Source: Candidatus Micrarchaeota archaeon | Lineage (GTDB): Archaea; Micrarchaeota; Micrarchaeia; Norongarragalinales; SBBD01 | Reading direction: 5' to 3' | DNA length: 64,000 nucleotides | Assembly: GCA_018819225.1 (NCBI GenBank) | Contig: JAHJQN010000003.1 | Location: 32,001 to 96,000, forward strand | Part shown: positions 1 to 9,738 of the stretch, in pieces | Position numbering within the stretch: the first letter of the stretch is position 1 | Layout of the letters: each line of letters opens with the position of its first letter | The notes under the pieces: generated by a model | Told to the model about the DNA's origin: nothing | Database searches by the model: none | What the model saw: the letters and a program-made list of their open reading frames with translations, nothing else | Position numbers and translations under genes: made by a program

Positions 1-84
1 GCGTCGAAAAAAGGAGGCGTTCACGCCCAACAATGGGCGAACGCGTTCGCTCAACTGAGCCGCCAAGTAGGGGTCAAGTTCTGA
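1..84 (+). CDS. 3' end of an upstream gene (partial), possibly a GH57/DUF3536-type glucan enzyme
   Basis: Frame 1 is open from base 1 (ASKKGGVHAQQWANAFAQLSRQVGVKF) to TGA at 82-84, which overlaps the treY ATG (TGATG). The family guess rests on context only. Confidence 0.4.
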   Translation, partial: ASKKGGVHAQQWANAFAQLSRQVGVKF

Positions 85-2642
85 TGCACGCACCCGTGGC
101 TACATACCGATTGCAATTCAACCCGGAATTCGCATTTCGTGACGCGGCGAAAATCATCCCATACCTGGATTCGCTGGGAGTCAGCACCATTTACGCCAGC
201 CCGATCTTCCAAGCCCGTAAAAAAAGCATGCACGGATATGATATCGTTAACGTTCGGCAAATCCGGAACGAGCTCGGAGGAACGCAGGGTTTCCAACGAT
301 TACTGAAAGCCGTTCGGAGGAAAAAAATGAACTGGCTGCAAGACATCGTGCCCAACCACATGGCATACGATCGGGATAATGCGTGGTTGATGGATGTACT
401 ACTTAAAGGAAAAGGATCGCGGTACCGCTTTTTTTTCGACGTGGATTGGAACCACCCTTCCCCTGCATTGAAAGGAAGGGTGCTGGCGCCGTTTCTCGGC
501 AAACCGTATTCGCAATGTCTTCGGGACAGCGAACTGATAATTGAATGGAAAAACGGGTGGCGCGTCCGATATTTTGATACCCTTTTCCCGATCGCGCTGC
601 CTCGAAATAGTCATGGCAGAGTGCAAGCATCGTTTCGCGGGCACGCTCCAGATCGAAAAGTATTGGAAGAGTGGATGGAACAGCAGCACTATCGCCTCAC
701 GGACTGGAGAACCACGGCACACGAAACCAATTACCGTAGATTCTTCGACATCAATGGCCTCATAGCCATCTCCGTAGAACATCCCCGCGTCTTCAAAGCC
801 ACGCATCGACTCATACGCCGTATGTCGCGATGGAAAGGAATCATCGGTTTTCGAGTCGACCACGTCGACGGATTGAAGGACCCCCGCGGGTATCTAGCCA
901 GGCTTCGGAAAACCGTGCGCGACTACATCATCATTGAAAAAATATTGGCAGAAAATGAAGTGCTTAATGATTGGCCCATCCAAGGAACAACGGGGTACGA
1001 GTTTCTCTATAACGTGAACGGATTATTCGTGGATAAAAAAAAGGAGCCGGCATTTAATGAAATATATACCGCGTTTACGGGAGTACACGGATCTCCCGAA
1101 CAACGCGCCTTCCACACCCGACTTCAAGTAGCCCGCAACTTGTTTTTTGGGGATGCAAAGAATCTGGCCCGCATGGCGCTCGCAACTTCGAAGAAACCCC
1201 GAAGTGACCAATCCGTGGAAGAAGTGGCGAAAGCGTTGTGTCGACTTATGGCGGCATTTCCCGTATACCGCACCTATTTTGAAAAAAAACATTGGAACGT
1301 TAAAGACCAACAAACGATGCAAGACGTTTTTCGCGCCGTAGCATCCAAGTCAAAAAAACAACAACGCCTATTCCGACTGCTTCAACAGTCTTTCGAGACC
1401 GCGGGTAATCGTTCCCCTTCCCGAGCATTCGTGACACGCTTCCAACAATACACGGGCGCAGTCATGGCAAAAGGTTTCGAGGACACGTTCATGTTCCGGT
1501 ACAACCGCCTGCTGTCCCTCAATGAAGTCGGCGGAAACCCCGCTCGATTCGGAATAAGCCCGGAATCCATGCACGCATTCGGGGTTCAGCGCCAACAATC
1601 GAACCCGTTGTCGCTCAACGCATCCAGTACGCACGATACGAAGCGAGGGGAAGATGCGCGGGCACGGTTGAACGTGTTGTCTGAAATTCCGGACGAATGG
1701 AAATCGCATCTCCGTAAATGGGCTCACCTCAACGCGCATTGGAAGCAAAAAAAAAACGGAAGCGCCATTCCTACCCCCAATGAAGAATATTATTTTTATC
1801 AAACGTTGCTGGGAGCCCAACCGTTCGGAAAACCTACTGGGTTGTTTCGCGATCGACTTAAAGAGCACATGACGAAAGCGTTGAGGGAAGCCAAGGAGCA
1901 TTCCAGTTGGACGGCTCCATCACAAGCATACGAAGAAGCAACCCAGCAGTTCATTGACCGCGTAATGCATCCTCGAAGAAACCAAGCGTTTCTTCACTCA
2001 TTCCGCGTGTTTAAAGACCGCGTAGCAGAGTTTGGCATATGGAACTCTCTTTCTCAAACCCTCATCAAAATCACGTTTCCAGGCGTTCCGGATATATACC
2101 AAGGAAGCGAAAGCTGGAATTACTCCTTAACGGATCCAGACAACCGAACACCCGTTTCGTATGCATCCCTGCAGAAAAAAATGAAACGACTTCCGAGAAC
2201 CGCTACTCCATCCAGTATACGACAATGGCTGAAACACCGTTCGGATGGACGTATTAAACTATTCGTCGTGCGCTCGAGCCTTCAACTGCGAAAGCAACAC
2301 CGCGTCCTGTTTGAAAAAGGAACGTATAGTCCACTCTACTTCCAAGGCCCGAAAAAACATCACGCGTTCGGATATCTTCGTCAACATCAGAATGATGCAG
2401 TCATGGTCGTTGTTCCTCGACTTGTTGCGACGCTATGCAAGAATCAACGAATACCATTTGGAAAACGAGCTTGGGAAAACACGCACGTGCTACTGCCGTC
2501 GAACGCACCCAACACGTGGAGAAATATTTTTACAAACGAAATCATTATTGCTACTCAAAGACGCGGGCAACCAACGATCGCATGCGCAGATCTCATGCAA
2601 CGGTTTCCCGTATCCCTGTTGGTTCCCGTGAAAACCATATGA
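84..2642 (+). CDS. treY: Malto-oligosyltrehalose synthase (GH13)
   Basis: Motifs PVATYRLQFN, HGYD, DIVPNHM, NYRRFFDIN, GFRVDHVDGL, IEKIL, GTTGYEF, STHDTKRGED, PGVPDIYQG and DPDNR. ATG at 84 preferred over 33 because of the TGATG coupling. Confidence 0.93.
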   Translation: MHAPVATYRLQFNPEFAFRDAAKIIPYLDSLGVSTIYASPIFQARKKSMHGYDIVNVRQIRNELGGTQGFQRLLKAVRRKKMNWLQDIVPNHMAYDRDNAWLMDVLLKGKGSRYRFFFDVDWNHPSPALKGRVLAPFLGKPYSQCLRDSELIIEWKNGWRVRYFDTLFPIALPRNSHGRVQASFRGHAPDRKVLEEWMEQQHYRLTDWRTTAHETNYRRFFDINGLIAISVEHPRVFKATHRLIRRMSRWKGIIGFRVDHVDGLKDPRGYLARLRKTVRDYIIIEKILAENEVLNDWPIQGTTGYEFLYNVNGLFVDKKKEPAFNEIYTAFTGVHGSPEQRAFHTRLQVARNLFFGDAKNLARMALATSKKPRSDQSVEEVAKALCRLMAAFPVYRTYFEKKHWNVKDQQTMQDVFRAVASKSKKQQRLFRLLQQSFETAGNRSPSRAFVTRFQQYTGAVMAKGFEDTFMFRYNRLLSLNEVGGNPARFGISPESMHAFGVQRQQSNPLSLNASSTHDTKRGEDARARLNVLSEIPDEWKSHLRKWAHLNAHWKQKKNGSAIPTPNEEYYFYQTLLGAQPFGKPTGLFRDRLKEHMTKALREAKEHSSWTAPSQAYEEATQQFIDRVMHPRRNQAFLHSFRVFKDRVAEFGIWNSLSQTLIKITFPGVPDIYQGSESWNYSLTDPDNRTPVSYASLQKKMKRLPRTATPSSIRQWLKHRSDGRIKLFVVRSSLQLRKQHRVLFEKGTYSPLYFQGPKKHHAFGYLRQHQNDAVMVVVPRLVATLCKNQRIPFGKRAWENTHVLLPSNAPNTWRNIFTNEIIIATQRRGQPTIACADLMQRFPVSLLVPVKTI

Positions 2643-4627
2643 ATCATCTTGCGCTTAATACGCTGGCACGGCAGTATGGAATCCAAACGCAGTACCAAGA
2701 CGCCTCCGGAAAAAAAAGGCGGCCTCCTGAACGAACCATTCTGGCCCTTCTGAATGCGTTGGGTTGCCCCATCCATAAAAAAGAAGAGGCAGCATCCTGG
2801 CTTAAAAAAGAACAATTATTGAAATGGCGGCGAACGCTGGACCCCGTAATCATTAACTGGGACAAGGAAACGCTTCACGTACCAATTCGTATTCCCGAAA
2901 GCGAATCGAAAGCAACCTATTCGTACTTGCTACAATTAGAAAACGGAGAAATACGTCGGGGAGTCGCTCGAATGAAAAACGCGCGTACGAAACAACGATG
3001 GGGACCAAACGGACACGCATTTTTGTTAAAGGACATCCGAATTCCAACGAAGCTGCCATGGGGGTACCACCAATTACATATGCGAATTAAAAAGAAAAAA
3101 GCGAGTGCCTACGTCATAACCGCACCTCGTAAAGCAGCTGCTCCTCATCAAAGAAAAACATGGGGCGTGTTTTTACCCCTTCATGCATTTCACTCCGTGA
3201 AGAACCCGTACCCCGCGTATACCGCATGGAGCGCGTTCGTTGGCTGGATAAAAGAAATGAAAGGGGGCGTCGTGGCAACACTTCCTTGGCTTCCCTTGTT
3301 CTTAGAAAATGAAGGGGATGTGAGTCCGTATTCTCCGGTCAGCCGACTCGCCTGGAACGAATTATGGATTGGCTCTCCAAAACCAGATACCCGTTCATCG
3401 ACAGCGAATCCTTCAGAACACGATTTCCTCAACTATGCCGCTCTCTGGAAAAAACGGAAAAAGGCCCTTGAAACAGAGGCGCTGGCCATGAAACCCGGAA
3501 GCGGTAAAAACTATACGGCATTTCAGCGTTTTCAGAGAAATCACCCTACCGTGCAAGCGTATGCGTTATTCCGAGCGCAGAAGATGATGAAAAAAAGGAA
3601 TCAAAGGAAGATGAGTCAAGTCATCAAAATGTTTGCCTATGCCCAATTCGCAGCTGACCAACAAATCCGAATGCTTTCTGAGAAAGCCCGTTGCCAAGGA
3701 GTGCAATTGTATCTCGATTTTCCTCTCGGAGTCCATCCGCAAGGATTTGACGTGTCGGCGTACCCCCAGTCATTTGTACCGGAAGCGCGGGTAGGTGCTC
3801 CTCCGGACCCAGTATTCAAACGAGGCCAAGATTGGGGATTCTTTCCGCTACATCCGCGCCGATTGAGGGAGCAAGGGTATCACTATTTCCATAACTGCTT
3901 ATCGCATCACATGACGTACGCCGATATTTTACGCATTGACCATATCATGGGACTGCACCGTCTTTGGATGATTCCAAAGGATGCGACCTCGGACGAAGGC
4001 GCGTACGTTCATTACAACGCGGAAGAAATGTACGCGGTATTGTGCCTCGAATCTCGTCGGCACCACACCACCATCGTAGGAGAAAATCTAGGAACCGTGC
4101 CTCCCACGGTCAACAAAGCCATGCAACGGCACGGATTGCTCTCCATGTACGTGCTCCAGTACGAGCTGGCTACTGAGGTGCGACCACCACCCGTACCTCA
4201 CAATACGGTAGCCAGTTTGAATACACACGACATGCCGTTATTTTCAGCGTTTTGGAGCGGAAAAGACATTTCCGTTATGACCAAACGACGCGTTTGGAGA
4301 CCAGACGATGCAAAACGCGAAAAACAGTTTAGAAACAAGACGCGAACGGCTTTCTCACGGTATCTTCAACGAAACGGATTTCTTCGGACGCCGTCAACGG
4401 ACACCACAAGCGTTCGAAACGCCGCACACGCTTTCTTAGGTAAATCAAAAGCGGCGCTCGTCGTGTTGAATCTGGAAGATGTATGGAACGAAACCCGGCC
4501 ACAAAATGTTCCTTCAACGAACAGCCGCTTCAATTGGCGGAGGAAAACGAAATACACGTTCGACGCATTCCGAAAACGAGTGGATGTTCTGGAAGCGTTG
4601 GAAGAAATGAAAGAGACCCGAAAATAA
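2639..4627 (+). CDS. malQ: 4-alpha-glucanotransferase (amylomaltase, GH77)
   Basis: Motifs SPYSPVSR, LYLDFPLG, GAPPD..F..GQDWG, LRIDHIMG, VGENLG, NTHD and NVPST..NWR. ATG at 2639 overlaps the treY stop (ATGA). Confidence 0.92.
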   Translation: MNHLALNTLARQYGIQTQYQDASGKKRRPPERTILALLNALGCPIHKKEEAASWLKKEQLLKWRRTLDPVIINWDKETLHVPIRIPESESKATYSYLLQLENGEIRRGVARMKNARTKQRWGPNGHAFLLKDIRIPTKLPWGYHQLHMRIKKKKASAYVITAPRKAAAPHQRKTWGVFLPLHAFHSVKNPYPAYTAWSAFVGWIKEMKGGVVATLPWLPLFLENEGDVSPYSPVSRLAWNELWIGSPKPDTRSSTANPSEHDFLNYAALWKKRKKALETEALAMKPGSGKNYTAFQRFQRNHPTVQAYALFRAQKMMKKRNQRKMSQVIKMFAYAQFAADQQIRMLSEKARCQGVQLYLDFPLGVHPQGFDVSAYPQSFVPEARVGAPPDPVFKRGQDWGFFPLHPRRLREQGYHYFHNCLSHHMTYADILRIDHIMGLHRLWMIPKDATSDEGAYVHYNAEEMYAVLCLESRRHHTTIVGENLGTVPPTVNKAMQRHGLLSMYVLQYELATEVRPPPVPHNTVASLNTHDMPLFSAFWSGKDISVMTKRRVWRPDDAKREKQFRNKTRTAFSRYLQRNGFLRTPSTDTTSVRNAAHAFLGKSKAALVVLNLEDVWNETRPQNVPSTNSRFNWRRKTKYTFDAFRKRVDVLEALEEMKETRK

Positions 4628-4644
4628 GAATTGCGGTTAGTTCG

Positions 4645-6117
4645 TCACGGGCTCAACGAACTGGATGCCTTAGGAGCTGGCGCTTTCACGGTGATCACAT
4701 CGGCTTTCGTCTTCTTGCGCAGCTCTTCGCGCTTCGCCTCGTCCTTCAACTGCTCTTCAGCGGTTTTCTCGCCGCCCACCCACTTGTCCATCACCAAACA
4801 AGCCGTTAAGTCCCCGGTAACGTTTATGGCGGTACGGCTCATGTCCAGAATGCGGTCCACTCCAAAAATCAAGGCAATTCCGGCAGCGGGAATGCCGACT
4901 CCACCTAATACCAACGAAAGAATCGCGATTCCGATGCCAGGAGTCGCTGGCGCGCCAATGGAGGCAACGACTACGGTAACGACAATGAACGCCAACGCGC
5001 TAAGCCCCAAATCCAGGCCGAATACTTGCGCGAGAAAAACAGCGGCGACTCCTTGGTATAATGCCGTGCCGTCCATGTTGACTGTGGCGCCCAACGGAAT
5101 AATAAAATGCGAAATGGACGGACGCACGCCTAACTTCTCTTCGGCAGTGCGCATGGATAGCGGCATGACTACCGCAGAGCTTGACGTGGAAAACGCAAGA
5201 AGTTGAGCATCTCGAATGGCTCCCATGAACACCCACGGGTTCTTGCCCGCAACTATCCACACCAACGCCAAATAGAAAACGAGCAGCAAAACAAGTCCCA
5301 GCAATACCACGCCCACGTACGCCGACAAGCCCGTTAACGTTTCAATCCCAAAACGCGAAGTCAATTGCGCCATGAGCCCGAACACGGCCAGCGGAGCCAA
5401 CAACATCGCCCACTTGACGATCGTCATGCATACTTGCTGCAACGAGCCCAACAATTCAAGCAGCGGTCGCGACTGCTTCGTGTCCATGTTCACGAGAGCG
5501 ATCCCGAAAATCAATGAAAATATGACGAGCTGCAACATTTCGCCATTAATGGCAGACCCCAACGGATTCGTGGGGAGCAACGTGCCCACCAACCCCGGAA
5601 TTTCTTTAAACGAAGGAGTCGCCATCCGGCTCTGATTGATTTCAAGCGAATCCGTGCCGATCACGTCCGCAGCGAATTCCTGGCTGACGAACTGTCCGGG
5701 ATTCAACCACGAAGCTAACGCGATACCGATTACAATGGCGAGCGTGGTCGTCAAAATGAAGTAAATGGCGAGTACCGTGCCCTTTTTTTTCAGCTGCTGC
5801 ATGCTCTCGCTCGCGGCAATCCCGCGAATAATGGATGCGAAAATAAGCGGAATAACAATCATTTGAATGACGCGCAAGAACACGTTGCCGGGCAAACCCA
5901 TCCATTCCCCTAGCGCATACGACGTGGCGGGATCAATGAAACCGAAGTAAGGCCTCATGAGGAAGCCGGCCAGGATGCCGAAAACCATTGCGATAATGAT
6001 TTTCAGCCACAACCGGCCTTTCACGAGCCCTTCCAAATGCTCGCTCAAGTATTTCAGGGGGCGCGGGTGAATACTGGCCAACGGATTAGAAGAATCTGGT
6101 TTCGGCACGATGCACAA
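4645..6117 (-). CDS. Dicarboxylate/amino acid:cation symporter (DAACS, GltP/GltT-like)
   Basis: Motifs FSTSSS, PLGATVNMDGTALY and DRILDMSRTAINVTGD; multiple TM helices. Confidence 0.92.
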   Translation of the reverse strand: MCIVPKPDSSNPLASIHPRPLKYLSEHLEGLVKGRLWLKIIIAMVFGILAGFLMRPYFGFIDPATSYALGEWMGLPGNVFLRVIQMIVIPLIFASIIRGIAASESMQQLKKKGTVLAIYFILTTTLAIVIGIALASWLNPGQFVSQEFAADVIGTDSLEINQSRMATPSFKEIPGLVGTLLPTNPLGSAINGEMLQLVIFSLIFGIALVNMDTKQSRPLLELLGSLQQVCMTIVKWAMLLAPLAVFGLMAQLTSRFGIETLTGLSAYVGVVLLGLVLLLVFYLALVWIVAGKNPWVFMGAIRDAQLLAFSTSSSAVVMPLSMRTAEEKLGVRPSISHFIIPLGATVNMDGTALYQGVAAVFLAQVFGLDLGLSALAFIVVTVVVASIGAPATPGIGIAILSLVLGGVGIPAAGIALIFGVDRILDMSRTAINVTGDLTACLVMDKWVGGEKTAEEQLKDEAKREELRKKTKADVITVKAPAPKASSSLSP

Positions 6118-6167
6118 CCCGAAACGGTTACGTCCCCATCATTTAAAAAACGCGTTTTCAAATCCGT

Positions 6168-7085
6168 TCAATCTGCGGCGGACGGAAAGAGAGTCGTGCT
6201 GTAATATCGATCCGAAGAATCCGGAAGCACCGTAATAACGACTCCTTCACCAAGCTCTTTAGCCGTATGTAAAGCCGCCGCGTAATTCGCTCCCGCGCTG
6301 ATGCCCGCTCCAAAACCTTGATGGGCCAATTTCCTCGAATGCGCAATTGCCTGCGGAGTCGAGACCTTCTTCCAGGCACTCACCATGGAACGGTTTGCGG
6401 CAATGATACCGGGCACAAAACCGATGCCGATGCCCCCGATTCCATGCGAACCCTTCCTGCCTTCTGAAATCATAGGACTTTCCTCAGGCTCCACGCCAAT
6501 GATTTTTACGCCTGAAAACGATTTCCGAACAGCTCTCGCGACTCCAATCAACGTGCCACCGGTACCGGCACCGGCGACGAATGCGGACAACTCACCGGCT
6601 TTTCGTTCCTCGAGTTGTCTCAGGATTTCAGGCCCAGTGCATTCCTCGTGCGCGCGAATGTTTTCCACATTATCGTATTGGGAAGGAAGCCATGCGCCGG
6701 ATTCCTCGGAAACCGCTTTCGCTTTCTCTACGGCTCCGGAATAGCCTTCTACAGCGGATACCAGCATGAGATTCGCTCCGTACAGTTTCATGATGGAACG
6801 GCGTTCCACGGTAGCCATTTCAGGCATGACCGCAGTAAACTCGTAACCCCGCACAGCGGATAGCCATGCAAACGATATGCCGGTGTTCCCGCTCGTGGCT
6901 TCCACGATGCGCTTGCGACCCAATAAATCGTTGGCCTCTGCCGCATCCGCCATATGCTTGGCCATGCGGTCCTTGACGCTCCCACTGGGATTCAAGTACT
7001 CCAGCTTCGCGAAAATGCGCGCTCCCTCCGGAGATTCAAGCTCCATCAACGGCGTGTTTCCAACTTCTTTGCAAATACCGTGCAC
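6168..7085 (-). CDS. cysK: PLP-dependent cysteine synthase family protein (CysK/CysM-like)
   Basis: Motifs KLEYLNPSGSVKDR, EATSGNTG, GTGGT, GISAG and LPDSSDRY. GTG start preceded by GGAGGTG. Confidence 0.88.
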   Translation of the reverse strand: MHGICKEVGNTPLMELESPEGARIFAKLEYLNPSGSVKDRMAKHMADAAEANDLLGRKRIVEATSGNTGISFAWLSAVRGYEFTAVMPEMATVERRSIMKLYGANLMLVSAVEGYSGAVEKAKAVSEESGAWLPSQYDNVENIRAHEECTGPEILRQLEERKAGELSAFVAGAGTGGTLIGVARAVRKSFSGVKIIGVEPEESPMISEGRKGSHGIGGIGIGFVPGIIAANRSMVSAWKKVSTPQAIAHSRKLAHQGFGAGISAGANYAAALHTAKELGEGVVITVLPDSSDRYYSTTLFPSAAD

Positions 7086-7163
7086 AGGCTCCCACCTCCG
7101 CTTATCTTCAATCCAACGATTTTTTGGAAGAAAGGAAAATGATAAAACAATTGCGTTTTGATT

Positions 7164-8087
7164 TCAGCTCACCGACGGCGGCGGAGGACACGAACCCGGC
7201 GGAACATTTTGATTCGAAGGGTTTCCTGCGAGCGCGTCCTCAAATTGTTGCAAGGTCTGCGGACCCACCATGACGATGCCGTTCAAGAAGAAAGTCGGGG
7301 TTCCATAGACTCCTGCAGTGGTGGCTGCATCCTTATCTAATTGAACGCGTTGCGCGGTTTGCTCATTACCCATACACGAACGGAAAGCGGATTCGTCCAT
7401 ACCCATTTTGCGTGCCACCGCAATTAACGATTCAGGAGAACGATCGTTCAGTTCAAACAACGCATCGTGGTACGCCCAGTAATTATTCTGTTCCAATGCG
7501 CAGAAAGAGGCTTTCGCTGCATCCAGACTATTTTCATGAGCCGGAAGCGGAAGCACGCGGAATTCGAGGGAAATTTCCGGATGCCTGGAAAGGAATTCCT
7601 TGAGCGCCGGCTGCGTTTGCTTCGTATACGGACAAGTGAAACAACCCACTTCCACTAAAACAATTTCCCCTGAGCCGCGCACGGGCCCGACTCCCGGAAT
7701 AATGGGAATGACTTCATCCGGCGTGTTGTCCCCAAAAACCAAATCAAACGGACAGAAACCAGTGCCTTGCGGGCCATCGCAATGCCCGTAAACCGCGTAA
7801 TTGTAGGAAGCGTAAGCCGTGTAGAACATGCTCGCAAAGAAGAGTGCCGTAAAGAAAAATGAGATGAAACGGAAATGTTTATTCAAACTTCCGGCCATCG
7901 AAGGAGAAAACGTAATGACGTGAACCAGAATCGTGGCCTTCAACCGTTCATCCAACTTGCTCTCGCACGGACGAAAGGTAGCGGTTCGGATGACGCAGTC
8001 AAACGCCTCACCGGCCAGCGCGCGATATTTCGCAGAGAATATGCCGAGTACGGCAAACACGAACAATGCCACGAAACAAAGAACCAT
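7164..8087 (-). CDS. Membrane-anchored thioredoxin-fold (DsbA-like) protein
   Basis: N-terminal TM segments, EVGCFTCPYT active-site region, LPLPAH..S..AAKAS.CA..Q..YW.YHD.LF and the cis-Pro motif GVYGTPTFFLNG. Confidence 0.8.
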   Translation of the reverse strand: MVLCFVALFVFAVLGIFSAKYRALAGEAFDCVIRTATFRPCESKLDERLKATILVHVITFSPSMAGSLNKHFRFISFFFTALFFASMFYTAYASYNYAVYGHCDGPQGTGFCPFDLVFGDNTPDEVIPIIPGVGPVRGSGEIVLVEVGCFTCPYTKQTQPALKEFLSRHPEISLEFRVLPLPAHENSLDAAKASFCALEQNNYWAYHDALFELNDRSPESLIAVARKMGMDESAFRSCMGNEQTAQRVQLDKDAATTAGVYGTPTFFLNGIVMVGPQTLQQFEDALAGNPSNQNVPPGSCPPPPSVS

Positions 8088-8094
8088 GCGCGAT

Positions 8095-9267
8095 TCAACT
8101 CAAAGCCGCCAACGTCTTTAAAGCTTCCCCGAAACGAGTCACTTGCTCTTCCGTATTGTAGACGTGCAACGAAGCCCTCACCGTGCCCGGCACGCCCAGT
8201 TTTTTAGTGAGGGGAATCGCGCAATGATGTCCGGAACGACATGCAAACCCCAATTGATCGAGCATGACCGCCGCTTGATGGTGCGGAACATTTTTTACGG
8301 AAAACGGGAATATTGCTCCTGCTTTTTCCTCCGCTTGGTTCGAACCGAACAACGTGACATGCGGCGACTCTTGAAAAACGCGCAACATCGCGGCAATCAA
8401 TTTCTGATCGTGAGACTGAATAACAGAATAACCGATTTGGTTAATGACATCTAACGCGGCCCCGAGCCCCAGCCATTCAGCTATGGGCGGCGTTCCTGCT
8501 TCAAAGCGCTCCCGGTGCTTCAATAAGTTGTAATCGGATAAGGATACGTCGCGAACGGTTCCACCGCCGACAAACCAAGGCGAGAGATCGACATTCTTTC
8601 GATGAAATAGAACGCCGATTCCCGTGGGGCCAAAGCTCTTGTGACCGGAAAACGCGAGAAAATCAACAGGCCATTGCTTCAAGCTAACGGGATGATGGCC
8701 CACGTATTGAGCGGCATCCACGAAAACGAGCGCGCCGGCTTTCTTGGCCGTGCTCGCCAAATCCGTTATTGGAATCGTCCCGCCCAACACGTTACTGCAA
8801 GCAGTAAATGACACTAAACGCGTCTTCTTGGAGATCACGGACACAAGCTTTTCAGGAGACAAGCGGCCTTCCGCATCCGACTCCAATATGCGAACAAGGA
8901 CTCCCTGCTTTTTCAAGCGCAGCCAAGGCAACAGATTCGAATGATGCTCAATATCCGTGACAATGACTTCGTCTCCTTTACTCCATTCCAACCCCAAAGC
9001 GACGGCATTAACGGCTTCCGTCGTATTGCGTACTGCAGTAAACTCCTGCGCGTCCGCTTGAAAGAAGTGCGCTAATTTTCCATAAACGGACTCGTATTCA
9101 TCCGATGCTTTTAGAGTTAGTCGATGCGCTCCGCGGTGAATGTTCGCCCGGTAATCCCGATAGTATTCCTGCATTTTCTCCAAAGCGGGCGTACACGTCA
9201 GCGAAGTAGCTGCGGAATCGAAGTACGCCATTCCTGCTGGTTGTTGGAATAGCTCGGATACGTCCAT
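8095..9267 (-). CDS. sufS: Cysteine desulfurase, SufS-type (class V aminotransferase)
   Basis: Motifs YFDSAATS, ANIHRG, EHHSN, DAAQ, FSGHK, FEAGTP and the group II motif RSGHHCA. Confidence 0.88.
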   Translation of the reverse strand: MDVSELFQQPAGMAYFDSAATSLTCTPALEKMQEYYRDYRANIHRGAHRLTLKASDEYESVYGKLAHFFQADAQEFTAVRNTTEAVNAVALGLEWSKGDEVIVTDIEHHSNLLPWLRLKKQGVLVRILESDAEGRLSPEKLVSVISKKTRLVSFTACSNVLGGTIPITDLASTAKKAGALVFVDAAQYVGHHPVSLKQWPVDFLAFSGHKSFGPTGIGVLFHRKNVDLSPWFVGGGTVRDVSLSDYNLLKHRERFEAGTPPIAEWLGLGAALDVINQIGYSVIQSHDQKLIAAMLRVFQESPHVTLFGSNQAEEKAGAIFPFSVKNVPHHQAAVMLDQLGFACRSGHHCAIPLTKKLGVPGTVRASLHVYNTEEQVTRFGEALKTLAALS

Positions 9268-9332
9268 GGCTAAATCATTGGGAAAAGGGATTTAAAAGCG
9301 CTCGAAATCATGAGCCCTTGAAGCACGGGGGC

Positions 9333-9722
9333 TCATTCCTCGCTTTCGTAGCAAAGCCCGTCTTCACCGCTACAAAACTCGTTTCCCACGCAACCGCAAT
9401 CCGCTGGACACAAATCGCACCGTTCGTCCGCCTGGCAAATGGCGTCCCCGCATTCCGGTAATGCGAATTCGTCTTCATCCCCAGCCGGAGCAGGCGCCAC
9501 AGCTTCTCCTTCATCGAATAACTCGCCTCCGGAAGGAGCAGGAGTCGCGGTTAGAGATGGAGGTGAAGCCGTTGGAACGGGTTCGTTATCGGGAGTGGGA
9601 AAGGAAGGAGAAGGAGTTGTATCCGCTGTTTTGAATCCCAAATACCAAATGCCTAAAATAATCACTAACGCAATGGCTCCCCACACGAGCAGGTTCACTC
9701 CTTTTCTTTTCAATAATTTCAT
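9333..9722 (-). CDS. Small membrane-anchored Cys-rich protein (copy A)
   Basis: KRKG followed by a hydrophobic helix, a Pro/Thr linker and C-terminal CGDAICQADERCDLCPADCGCVGNEFCSGEDGLCY. Paralog of 13057-13464. Confidence 0.8.
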   Translation of the reverse strand: MKLLKRKGVNLLVWGAIALVIILGIWYLGFKTADTTPSPSFPTPDNEPVPTASPPSLTATPAPSGGELFDEGEAVAPAPAGDEDEFALPECGDAICQADERCDLCPADCGCVGNEFCSGEDGLCYESEE

Positions 9723-9738
9723 GCAATCAACTTATGAG

